A stretch of DNA of 64,000 nt from assembly GCA_964594665.1 (NCBI GenBank), contig CAZQNY010000001.1, forward strand, positions 9,599-73,598, given 5' to 3'. A program made the position numbers and the translations under genes. This stretch comes from an uncultured Bacteroidales bacterium. Lineage in GTDB: Bacteria > Bacteroidota > Bacteroidia > Bacteroidales > BM520. This document shows, one piece after another, positions 20,820 through 28,040 of the stretch. The notes below the pieces were generated by a model that saw only the letters and a list, made by a program, of their open reading frames with translations, was not told the origin of the DNA and made no database searches. The first letter of the stretch is position 1. Each line of letters begins with the position of its first letter.

Positions 20820-21989
20820 CTACTCCGGAAGGGTAAACCAGAAACAGGAGCCTTTACCTTCTTCCGATTCAAAACCTATCGTTCCATCATGGACAGTGAT
20901 AATTTTTTTTGCAATTGCAAGTCCAAGGCCTGTACTGCTTTCTCCTGCTGTTGGGCGTGTGCTTGACCGATAGAAGGGCGTAAACAGCCCTTCCTGCTCA
21001 TCTTTTTTTATCCCGGTGCCATAATCTTTTACCCGTGTAAGTACCTTCCCGTTGCTTTTAATACATGATATTTTTATTTTCCCTTCAGGATATGAGTATT
21101 TTATAGCATTACTGATTAGATTAGTCAGAACCTGCTCTATTAATTGTTTATCAATAAGCAATTCACCAAGGGTAGGGTCAATGTCAGCAGTTATGGAAAT
21201 ATGCTTTTGTTTGGAGAAAATGGTATTAAATTCAATGGTTTTATTAACCAAAGCAGCGTAATTAACAGGTTCAGCTTTGGTATCAAGATTTCCGGTTTCG
21301 ATTTTGGAGATGTCGAGCAGGTTGTTAATCATCTCCAGTGAGAAATCACATCGTTCTTCAATAATCTTCAGATATTTTATTTTAAGATTATCGGGTAAGG
21401 TATTAAGTTCCGCTGCAATAAGGTTTGCAAGGCTTGAAGCAACACCAATGGGGTTTCTGAGGTCATGAGCAGCAGTACGTAAAAATCGGTTTTTCTCCTT
21501 ATTTAATTCCTGAAGATGTTCATTTGCATTCTCAAGCTCCTTTGTACGCTCGTTAACAAGATGATCCAGTTTTTCATTATGTTTCTTTAACTCTTGCATT
21601 AAGGTTCTGTTGGAATGCATAAGGTTGTATTTTTCAAAGGCTTCATCGATAATCAACTCAAGCTCTACAGGATTCCAGGGCTTCTGAATGTAGCGGTATA
21701 TGCTTCCAGTGTTTATGGCGTCAATAACTGCCTCAAGATCAGTGTATCCGGTAATTAAAAGTCGGATTGTATCCGGATGATTGCTTTTTAATAATCCAAA
21801 AAGTTCAACGCCTGAAAGCTCAGGCATACGTTGATCGGAGAGCACAACCTGTATATCATTGTTATTCATTATATCAATGGCTTCCCTTGGATCATTGCAT
21901 GTCAATACATTATACTTACGACGTAATTGTCGTCGCAGCGTATTTAGTATTTCAACTTCATCATCAATAAGCAGTATATTATTCTTCAT
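20820..21989 (-). CDS. Hybrid response regulator / histidine kinase (REC-HisKA-HATPase)
   Basis: ATG at 21989 gives MKNNILLIDDE with a receiver Asp in VVLSDQRMP. This is followed by a coiled coil, an H-box AAHDLRNPIG, and ATPase G-boxes (DYGTGI, GLGLAI). The track start at 22013 is TTG and overlaps the upstream gene. Confidence 0.85.
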   Translation of the reverse strand: MKNNILLIDDEVEILNTLRRQLRRKYNVLTCNDPREAIDIMNNNDIQVVLSDQRMPELSGVELFGLLKSNHPDTIRLLITGYTDLEAVIDAINTGSIYRYIQKPWNPVELELIIDEAFEKYNLMHSNRTLMQELKKHNEKLDHLVNERTKELENANEHLQELNKEKNRFLRTAAHDLRNPIGVASSLANLIAAELNTLPDNLKIKYLKIIEERCDFSLEMINNLLDISKIETGNLDTKAEPVNYAALVNKTIEFNTIFSKQKHISITADIDPTLGELLIDKQLIEQVLTNLISNAIKYSYPEGKIKISCIKSNGKVLTRVKDYGTGIKKDEQEGLFTPFYRSSTRPTAGESSTGLGLAIAKKIITVHDGTIGFESEEGKGSCFWFTLPE

Positions 21990-21993
21990 AGTA

Positions 21994-23259
21994 TTATTGC
22001 TGTGGTATTTCAATAAATATTGTTGTTCCCTTTTTTTCAGTTGAATGGGCCCCGATTTTCCCCCTATGCAATTGTGTGATAATGGTGTGGGTAACCGCTA
22101 AACCGAGTCCTGTGCCTTTTCCCGGCTCCCTGGTTGTGAAAAACGGATCAAAAATTTTATCAATAATTGTTGAATTTATGCCCTCTCCGGTATCCGAAAT
22201 TGCTAATATAAGTCTTTTATCATCTTCTTTTGCTTCTATCACTATCTTCCCGTCAATATCTATTGCCGAAATACTGTTTAGCAGGATGTTCATAATCGCC
22301 TGGTTAAATTCTCCGGCATAGATTTTAAAATTTAATGTAGGGTCGATAGCTATATCTGTTTCAATTTTACGCTTCTTTAATTCCGGGTGAATCAACGACA
22401 AGGTGCTTTCGATGTTGTCTTTAATATTCACAACTTTTAACTGCGCCTGGTTTTTGCGGCTAAATTGATTTAAGTCGCGAACTATTTTCTGAATTCGTTT
22501 TACTCCCTCTGATGCGCCGGCAAGCAATTCATTGTACTCTTCAATAGCTAAAGTTGTTTGATATTCTGTTTCAGCCTCTTCTGAAACATGTAATAAATCT
22601 TTATCATGAAGGATGGCTTCCTTAACTTTTGAATATGTATTAACCACATCGTTGAAGTTAAGTTCAAGGTTATAGATATTCGATGCAATAAAGGAGAGTG
22701 GGTTATTGATTTCATGAGCCACGCCAGCCACAAGGTGCCCCAATGCATTCATTTTTTCTGATTGAACAAGCATGCTTTGGGCATCTTTTAACTGGTTGTG
22801 AGCTATTTCAAGCTTGCGTTTTTCAATCATCAACTGCCGCTGAAGGTTATTTATCTCTCTGTTTTGCGAAGCGATGTTTTCAGAATTCGTTTTTAAGTCA
22901 GAAATATTCACCGAACCGATAACAGCGATTTCATTATTTTCATAATACACCTCACCTTCCACCGTAAGCGCTATTTCTCCCGGTTCATAAAAATTAATTT
23001 TCCCCGTATATATTTTTTCGCCTTTTGCAGATTGAACAAGACTCAATATATCGGGAGTGGCATTTTCAAGTGTTGGTTTACCCCTGAATAATAAGCGAAA
23101 CCCGGGGTTATTATACACCAGCGTTCCATCGGGTTTGAAAAGAGCAAAACAAAATGATGTGCTGGTTAGTACCCCTTGTAATAGTTTGGTCTTGTGCCTT
23201 AATGCAACGTATTGATTGTTACTATTAATGTTGTGATTTTCCTGCATCAATCTCGTCAT
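21994..23259 (-). CDS. Soluble sensor histidine kinase (PAS-like N-terminus, HisKA, HATPase)
   Basis: No TM segment. It has a PAS-like ~110 aa region, a coiled coil, an H-box VAGVAHEINNPL, and ATPase motifs DTGEGI and GTGLGL. Its 5' end overlaps the upstream ORF by 35 nt. Confidence 0.85.
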   Translation of the reverse strand: MTRLMQENHNINSNNQYVALRHKTKLLQGVLTSTSFCFALFKPDGTLVYNNPGFRLLFRGKPTLENATPDILSLVQSAKGEKIYTGKINFYEPGEIALTVEGEVYYENNEIAVIGSVNISDLKTNSENIASQNREINNLQRQLMIEKRKLEIAHNQLKDAQSMLVQSEKMNALGHLVAGVAHEINNPLSFIASNIYNLELNFNDVVNTYSKVKEAILHDKDLLHVSEEAETEYQTTLAIEEYNELLAGASEGVKRIQKIVRDLNQFSRKNQAQLKVVNIKDNIESTLSLIHPELKKRKIETDIAIDPTLNFKIYAGEFNQAIMNILLNSISAIDIDGKIVIEAKEDDKRLILAISDTGEGINSTIIDKIFDPFFTTREPGKGTGLGLAVTHTIITQLHRGKIGAHSTEKKGTTIFIEIPQQ

Positions 23260-23686
23260 TACTTATCATTGTGAAAACAGGGATATTTATCTGCATCCAA
23301 TAATACAAAGGTGCAATCTGATTATATGATTCGGGATCGAGATGTTTTTTTATTAGTTCTATCCAACTATTAAGCTGCGCAGCCCAGTATATGGAACTAA
23401 ATCCGTGTGAGCGATAGGCTTTAAACACCCACAGTATTGTATCTACAAACACTTCCGGAGAATAGTGTACCAGTAGAGAATGGATAAAACGGGCATGATT
23501 ATGATGATTATCTTTCATCATCTCGATATTTGCTTCGTTAATCAATTCATTAAGGTCGTTACGAGCCAGAAAAGATTCATTAATCTCTGAGGTCATAATT
23601 TCAATTTTTTTCTCGTATGCCTCTGCAGCACTTTCGCTAACAGGAGCAATACTTCCTGCAGTTTCAATCAGATAATCTCTATTCAT
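23225..23686 (-). CDS. Hypothetical protein, predicted all-helical, unknown family
   Basis: This 153-aa ORF overlaps the B12-binding gene by 8 nt (ATGAATAG) and the kinase gene by 35 nt. I recognise no motif. It contains a His-rich patch, MMKDNHHNHARFIH. Confidence 0.6.
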   Translation of the reverse strand: MNRDYLIETAGSIAPVSESAAEAYEKKIEIMTSEINESFLARNDLNELINEANIEMMKDNHHNHARFIHSLLVHYSPEVFVDTILWVFKAYRSHGFSSIYWAAQLNSWIELIKKHLDPESYNQIAPLYYWMQINIPVFTMISNDEIDAGKSQH

Positions 23687-24326
23687 TAGTAAGGTTTTTG
23701 GTTATATATTCCTGTAAAGAAAACAGGTTTTCAATTATTATCAAATTTCTGGTATCCTGAAACAACTGCTTTCCTCCATGGCGGAATGCCTGACCGCCGG
23801 CCAGAATAATTATATCAGGCAATGCATTCGTTATTTCAGTTGCCATTTTTCGTAAAACGGCCATATTGAAATAGATACTTGCGGAAAGGGCTATAACAGA
23901 AGGATTTATTGTTTTGGCATATCGGATAAGTTCCTTTGTGGGAGTATTGGAGCCAAGAAAGTGGGTGCTCCAGCCAACGGATTCAAACATGTCTGCAACC
24001 ATTTTTATACCTACCTGATGATATTCATTTTCAACACAACCCAGCAGAATTGTTTTATCGGTGCGCTTTTCAGAAATAATATAGTGAATAAGAAAATTCA
24101 TCACATCTTCTGTTACTGCTGTCGCAACATGCTCCTGCGCAACAGAGATAACATTTGTTTCCCATAATTCTCCAACACGATATAAAGAGGGCTTAATTAT
24201 ATTTTCATATGCGGAAGTTACCATATTGCCCTGCTTGATATAGGTATCAATTATTTTAAGTGCCTGATGTTTATCAGGTGCCAGCAAAGCATCAAGATAG
24301 CTGTTTTGTAGTTCTGTTGTGTCCAT
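23679..24326 (-). CDS. Stand-alone CarH-like cobalamin (B12)-binding domain protein
   Basis: The helical cap contains W55-x9-E65-H66 (nt 24129-24164). The Rossmann B12 domain contains E101-x-H103-x-x-G106 (nt 24009-24026) and a later GG (ILAGGQAF). At 215 aa it has no MerR or other DNA-binding domain. Confidence 0.8.
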   Translation of the reverse strand: MDTTELQNSYLDALLAPDKHQALKIIDTYIKQGNMVTSAYENIIKPSLYRVGELWETNVISVAQEHVATAVTEDVMNFLIHYIISEKRTDKTILLGCVENEYHQVGIKMVADMFESVGWSTHFLGSNTPTKELIRYAKTINPSVIALSASIYFNMAVLRKMATEITNALPDIIILAGGQAFRHGGKQLFQDTRNLIIIENLFSLQEYITKNLTNE

Positions 24327-24333
24327 TACCTTT

Positions 24334-24380
24334 TGAATTCATGTATATGGTTTTACAATATACAAATATTTTGAATTCAA
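24334..24380. promoter_or_regulatory. Pair of GAATTC-centred palindromes flanking an inverted repeat, directly upstream of the B12-binding gene
   Basis: TGAATTCA (24334-24341) and TTGAATTCAA (24371-24380) have centres 38 bp apart. TGTATAT (24342-24348) and ATATACA (24358-24364) lie between them. The block starts 8 nt upstream of ATG 24326. Confidence 0.35.
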
Positions 24381-24431
24381 TACTTGCAGGCAGGCATAGA
24401 TTTACTATTATTTTTCTGAATACAAAATACT

Positions 24432-24469
24432 GAAAAAAAAATAGACCGCTCCGAGGAGATCGGAGACGG
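24432..24469 (-). terminator. Candidate terminator downstream of the GS-III gene
   Basis: On the minus strand there is an 8-bp stem with one bulge (plus-strand CCGCTCCG at 24446-24453 and CGGAGACGG at 24461-24469), followed after 4 nt by T9 (plus-strand A-run 24433-24441). Confidence 0.45.
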
Positions 24470-24535
24470 CCCAATAAACCCACAAAACCAATATGAACGT
24501 CAGACCAAAGGACCTGGCCTGCGTCATCGCTATGA

Positions 24536-26725
24536 TTAACGATAAAAGAGGAGTTCTCTGTACTTCGGCAAGGGCCACAGTTCATTGTCAACTGTTAGCT
24601 CAAGCTTGTCAATATGGTACCTGATCTTGTCCAGATAAGGTTTTACTGTTCCGTAATAGGCATAGGCCTTTTCCACGTCATCAGTAATTGCATTGGCAAC
24701 TTTTCTTGCCTCTGTCATATCTTTCACATTTGTTTTAATATATGCAATGTGATATGAAATATCTTTGATTACATCAATCTCTGGTGATGCAATTTCATTG
24801 TATTCTCTTTCCGGTAAAATATCTTTTAATCCTTTAATATTCTCAATAAGACTGTTTTGATACTTAAGAGCAACCGGGACAATATGGTTTTTCGTAAGGT
24901 CACCAAGAACTCTGGATTCTATCTGCAGCCTTTTGGTATAAGCATCAACTCTGACTTTATAGCGCGCATAGAGTTCTCTGGAAGTGAGGATGTTTTGAGA
25001 TATAAAAAGTTCCTCCGTTTTAGGAGTTGTAAATGCTTTTATCGGGTCAAGAGTGCCTTCAAAAATCGGCAAACCTCTTTTCATAGCTTCTTTTTTCCAT
25101 TCAAAACTGTATCCGTCTCCTTCAAAGAGAATAGGTTTTACTGCAGTAATGGTATCACGTAGTTCCTGAAATATTGCTTCGTCGCGCTTGATGCCCTGTG
25201 AAACCAGTTTTTCAACATTTGCAGCAAATGTTTTTAGCTGGCTTGCCACGGCAGCTGTTAAAACAGTCATTGGTGCAGCACAGTTGACACTCGACCCCGG
25301 AGCCCTGAATTCAAAACGGTTACCAGTAAAGGCAAAGGGCGATGTTCTGTTTCTGTCGGTATTATCCAGCAGAATATCCGGGATTCTGCCAATATCTAAT
25401 TTCAATTCAGCCTTTTCATTTGGTGTCATTTTATCATCCGTAATGCGGTTCTCCAGCTCATCAAGGATTTCGGTTAGCGTGGAGCCAATAAAAACGGAAA
25501 TAATGCTTGGAGGAGCCTCATGTCCACCCAAACGATGTTCATTATCAATGGATGCTATGGAAGCATACAATAATTCAGCATGGCTGTAAACAGCGGCAAT
25601 AGTATTGACGAGGAAGGTCAGGAATTGCATGTTTTTCTTTGGTGTTTTTCCCGGCGACAAAAGGTTGATACCTGTGTTTGTTACCATGGAAAAGTTGTTA
25701 TGCTTTCCGGATCCGTTTATTCCTTTAAAAGGTTTCTCGTGAAGTAAAACTTTAAAATTGTGTTTGCTGGCAACCTTATCCATTACATCCATCAACAGCA
25801 TGTTATGGTCCACTGCCAGGTTTGCTTCTTCAAAAATAGGAGCACACTCAAACTGGTTGGGTGCCACCTCATTATGACGTGTTTTTATGGGGATCCCAAG
25901 TTTATAACACTCAACCTCAAGGTCTTTCATGAAAGCTGAAACTCTTACAGGAATAGATCCAAAGTAATGATCGCTCAATTGCTGATCTTTTGCAGAGGCA
26001 TGCCCCATAAGGGTACGGCCTGTAAGCTGTATGTCAGGGCGTGCATTATACAGAGCTTTATCGATAAGGAAATATTCCTGTTCCCAACCCAGATTGGTAG
26101 ATACAGATGTAACATCCTTGCTAAAGTAGGAACATACTTCTGTTGCAGCTCCATTAAGTGCATTAAGAGCCCGTAACAGTGGGGTTTTATAGTCAAGTGC
26201 ATCGCCGGTATACGAAACGAATACGGTAGGAATACATAAGGTGCGATCAATTATAAATGCAGGGGAAGTAGGATCCCAGGCAGTATATCCCCGTGCTTCA
26301 AATGTGTTGCGTATACCTCCGTTGGGAAGACTTGATGCGTCAGGTTCCTGCTGCACAAGGTGGCCGCCTTCAAACGATTCAATGACACTGTTCTGTGCAT
26401 TAAACTCGAAAAATGCATCGTGCTTTTCCGCTGTCGTTCCTGTTAGGGGATGAAACCAGTGTGTGTAATGTGTGGCTCCTTTATCAACAGCCCAGGCTTT
26501 CATTCCTGAAGCTACCTGATCAGAATATTTACGCTCTATTGGTTCACCATTATCTATTGCTTCAATTACACGTTGGAAAGCATCATGAGACAAGTACGCA
26601 CGCATTTTATCCCTGTCAAATACATTCATCCCAAAGTAATCAGAAATTTTTTCTTTAGGGAAATCTATAGTAACAGGTTTTCTGTTTAAAACTTCTTGTA
26701 ATGCTGAAAATCGAAGCTTGCTCAT
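24536..26725 (-). CDS. Glutamine synthetase type III
   Basis: ATG at 26725 gives a 729-aa protein starting MSKLRFSALQEVLNR, which matches the length and sequence type of Bacteroides-type GS-III. The 38-codon upstream extension in the ORF track is unlikely to be coding. Confidence 0.9.
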   Translation of the reverse strand: MSKLRFSALQEVLNRKPVTIDFPKEKISDYFGMNVFDRDKMRAYLSHDAFQRVIEAIDNGEPIERKYSDQVASGMKAWAVDKGATHYTHWFHPLTGTTAEKHDAFFEFNAQNSVIESFEGGHLVQQEPDASSLPNGGIRNTFEARGYTAWDPTSPAFIIDRTLCIPTVFVSYTGDALDYKTPLLRALNALNGAATEVCSYFSKDVTSVSTNLGWEQEYFLIDKALYNARPDIQLTGRTLMGHASAKDQQLSDHYFGSIPVRVSAFMKDLEVECYKLGIPIKTRHNEVAPNQFECAPIFEEANLAVDHNMLLMDVMDKVASKHNFKVLLHEKPFKGINGSGKHNNFSMVTNTGINLLSPGKTPKKNMQFLTFLVNTIAAVYSHAELLYASIASIDNEHRLGGHEAPPSIISVFIGSTLTEILDELENRITDDKMTPNEKAELKLDIGRIPDILLDNTDRNRTSPFAFTGNRFEFRAPGSSVNCAAPMTVLTAAVASQLKTFAANVEKLVSQGIKRDEAIFQELRDTITAVKPILFEGDGYSFEWKKEAMKRGLPIFEGTLDPIKAFTTPKTEELFISQNILTSRELYARYKVRVDAYTKRLQIESRVLGDLTKNHIVPVALKYQNSLIENIKGLKDILPEREYNEIASPEIDVIKDISYHIAYIKTNVKDMTEARKVANAITDDVEKAYAYYGTVKPYLDKIRYHIDKLELTVDNELWPLPKYRELLFYR

Positions 26726-26773
26726 AAAACTATCTTTTTTATTGAAGCACCCCCTCGTTTTAATGGGGTCATG

Positions 26774-26781
26774 CAAATATA
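26774..26781 (-). promoter_or_regulatory. Candidate -7 box upstream of the GS-III gene
   Basis: Minus-strand TATATTTGCA, about 49 nt upstream of ATG 26725. Confidence 0.4.
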
Positions 26782-26857
26782 AATACATTGTTTTTAAAAT
26801 CCTCCCCCTCAAAACAGGTAGTATGTTGTTTGTTAACATTAATTTAACATTGAGGGA

Positions 26858-26875
26858 AATGCAAACGTTTGCATT
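26858..26875. promoter_or_regulatory. Perfect 18-bp palindrome AATGCAAACGTTTGCATT (LacI/PurR-type operator-like)
   Basis: Read directly from the sequence. The core GCAAACGTTTGC with a central CG matches the idealised PurR/LacI-family operator pattern. It lies in the divergent GS-III / DUF2147 intergenic region. Confidence 0.4.
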
Positions 26876-26948
26876 GAATAGATATCTTCTCTACTTATGT
26901 GTTTTTTTGTATATTTACTCCCAAATCAATAAACCAAAAAGTGTATTT

Positions 26949-27392
26949 ATGAAGATTACAATGAGAATTATTGCTTTATGTGCTTTTGCACTCGCCGGAT
27001 TAGCGCTCAACGCTCAATCCATTGAAGGAGTATGGAAAACCGTTGATGATAACTCCGGGAAAACCAAATCGGAAGTAGAAATTGAGCTGAAAAACGGGAA
27101 AGTATTCGGAACGATTATAAAATTGTACAAAGAACCCGGTGAAGACCCCGATCCTCTCTGTACTGCCTGTGAAGGAAAATTAAAAAACAAAAAGATTATC
27201 GGTATGCAGATTGTCAATGGCCTGGAAAAGGATGACGATGAATGGTATAAAGACGATGGAATTATCGACCCTGAGAATGGTAAATGGTACGACTGTAAGA
27301 TGTGGGTTGATGAAGATAACAATAATGAACTAAAGGTACGGGGATATATCGGCTTCCTTTACCGCACCCAAACCTGGTACAGAGTGAAATAA
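26949..27392 (+). CDS. DUF2147 domain-containing secreted protein
   Basis: ATG at 26949 gives the signal peptide MKITMRIIALCAFALAGLALNAQ. Motifs GVWKTVDD...GKWYDCKMW...LKVRGYIGFLYRTQTWYRV are typical of DUF2147. Confidence 0.75.
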   Translation: MKITMRIIALCAFALAGLALNAQSIEGVWKTVDDNSGKTKSEVEIELKNGKVFGTIIKLYKEPGEDPDPLCTACEGKLKNKKIIGMQIVNGLEKDDDEWYKDDGIIDPENGKWYDCKMWVDEDNNNELKVRGYIGFLYRTQTWYRVK

Positions 27393-27393
27393 T

Positions 27394-27954
27394 CTAAATG
27401 TGTTTTACCAGATGTTCTGACAGAATTCTTATACCTATTAATATAAGAATTACACCACCAATAATTTCTACTCTTAGATTTTTGATATTAATCTGCTTCC
27501 CGGCATAAATCCCCAGGAAGGAGATAATACCTGCTGTTGACCCAAAAATCAGACAGGAGATAATTACATTCATCTCCAGAAATGCAAGGCTTATACCAAC
27601 GGCAAGAGCGTCGATTGATGTGCCCAGTGCCAGTGTGAGTCTTGTCTTAAGCTTTCGGGGATCAAAACAATCCTGGTCTTTGCGTTGCAAACCTTCTGCA
27701 ATCATTTTAATACCAAGGAATGCCAAAAGAACAAAGGCAATCCAGTGATCCCATTCTTTAACAAGATCATGAAAGCTATATCCGGCATAATATCCCAGAA
27801 AAGGCATAATAAAATGAAATACAGCAAAGGTAAGAGCGATTGAAAGTGCATCTTTTAGGTGTACTTTGCCAAGGCATAATCCGCTGGCAAAGGATACAGC
27901 AAGACTGTCCATCGATAATCCAATTGCTATAATAAACAAGGTAGCGATTTCCAT
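27394..27954 (-). CDS. mntP: Manganese efflux pump MntP
   Basis: Starting at ATG 27954 the protein reads MEIATLFIIAIGLSMDSLAVSFA, and a second half-repeat reads LGTSIDALAVGISLA. This is the duplicated MntP/YebN architecture. Confidence 0.85.
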   Translation of the reverse strand: MEIATLFIIAIGLSMDSLAVSFASGLCLGKVHLKDALSIALTFAVFHFIMPFLGYYAGYSFHDLVKEWDHWIAFVLLAFLGIKMIAEGLQRKDQDCFDPRKLKTRLTLALGTSIDALAVGISLAFLEMNVIISCLIFGSTAGIISFLGIYAGKQINIKNLRVEIIGGVILILIGIRILSEHLVKHI

Positions 27955-28013
27955 TGGGCAAAAGTACAAATCATTTTTAATAGATGTAACTCAGCTCTCA
28001 CTACTCTTTTACA

Positions 28014-28021
28014 TATATTTG
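28014..28021 (+). promoter_or_regulatory. Candidate -7 box upstream of the GNAT-like gene
   Basis: TATATTTGCA ends 20 nt before ATG 28041. Confidence 0.45.
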
Positions 28022-28040
28022 CAGATTAAAATAATGAATC

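Noticed and set aside
24292-24591. A 99-aa minus-strand ORF spanning the GS-III / B12-operon intergenic region.
   Set aside because: It overlaps the GS-III 3' end, the candidate terminator and the start of the B12-binding gene. Its translation is low-complexity and it has no start context.
26718-26948. The long N-terminal extension of the DUF2147 ORF. Similar track-ORF extensions occur at 474-515, 1688-1762, 10076-10132, 16440-16460, 26726-26839, 27955-27969, 34680-34721, 46075-46110, 49960-49998, 57443-57481 and 59566-59607.
   Set aside because: Internal ATG codons give canonical N-termini, either signal peptides or conserved family starts. They also place TAnnTTTG boxes at the expected distance. 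The extensions overlap neighbouring genes or promoters.
27955-28040. A manganese (yybP-ykoY) riboswitch upstream of mntP.
   Set aside because: Only 86 nt separate mntP from the divergent gene, and the promoter of the neighbouring gene also has to fit there. The sequence is AT-rich and shows none of the conserved GC-rich four-way-junction segments I would expect.
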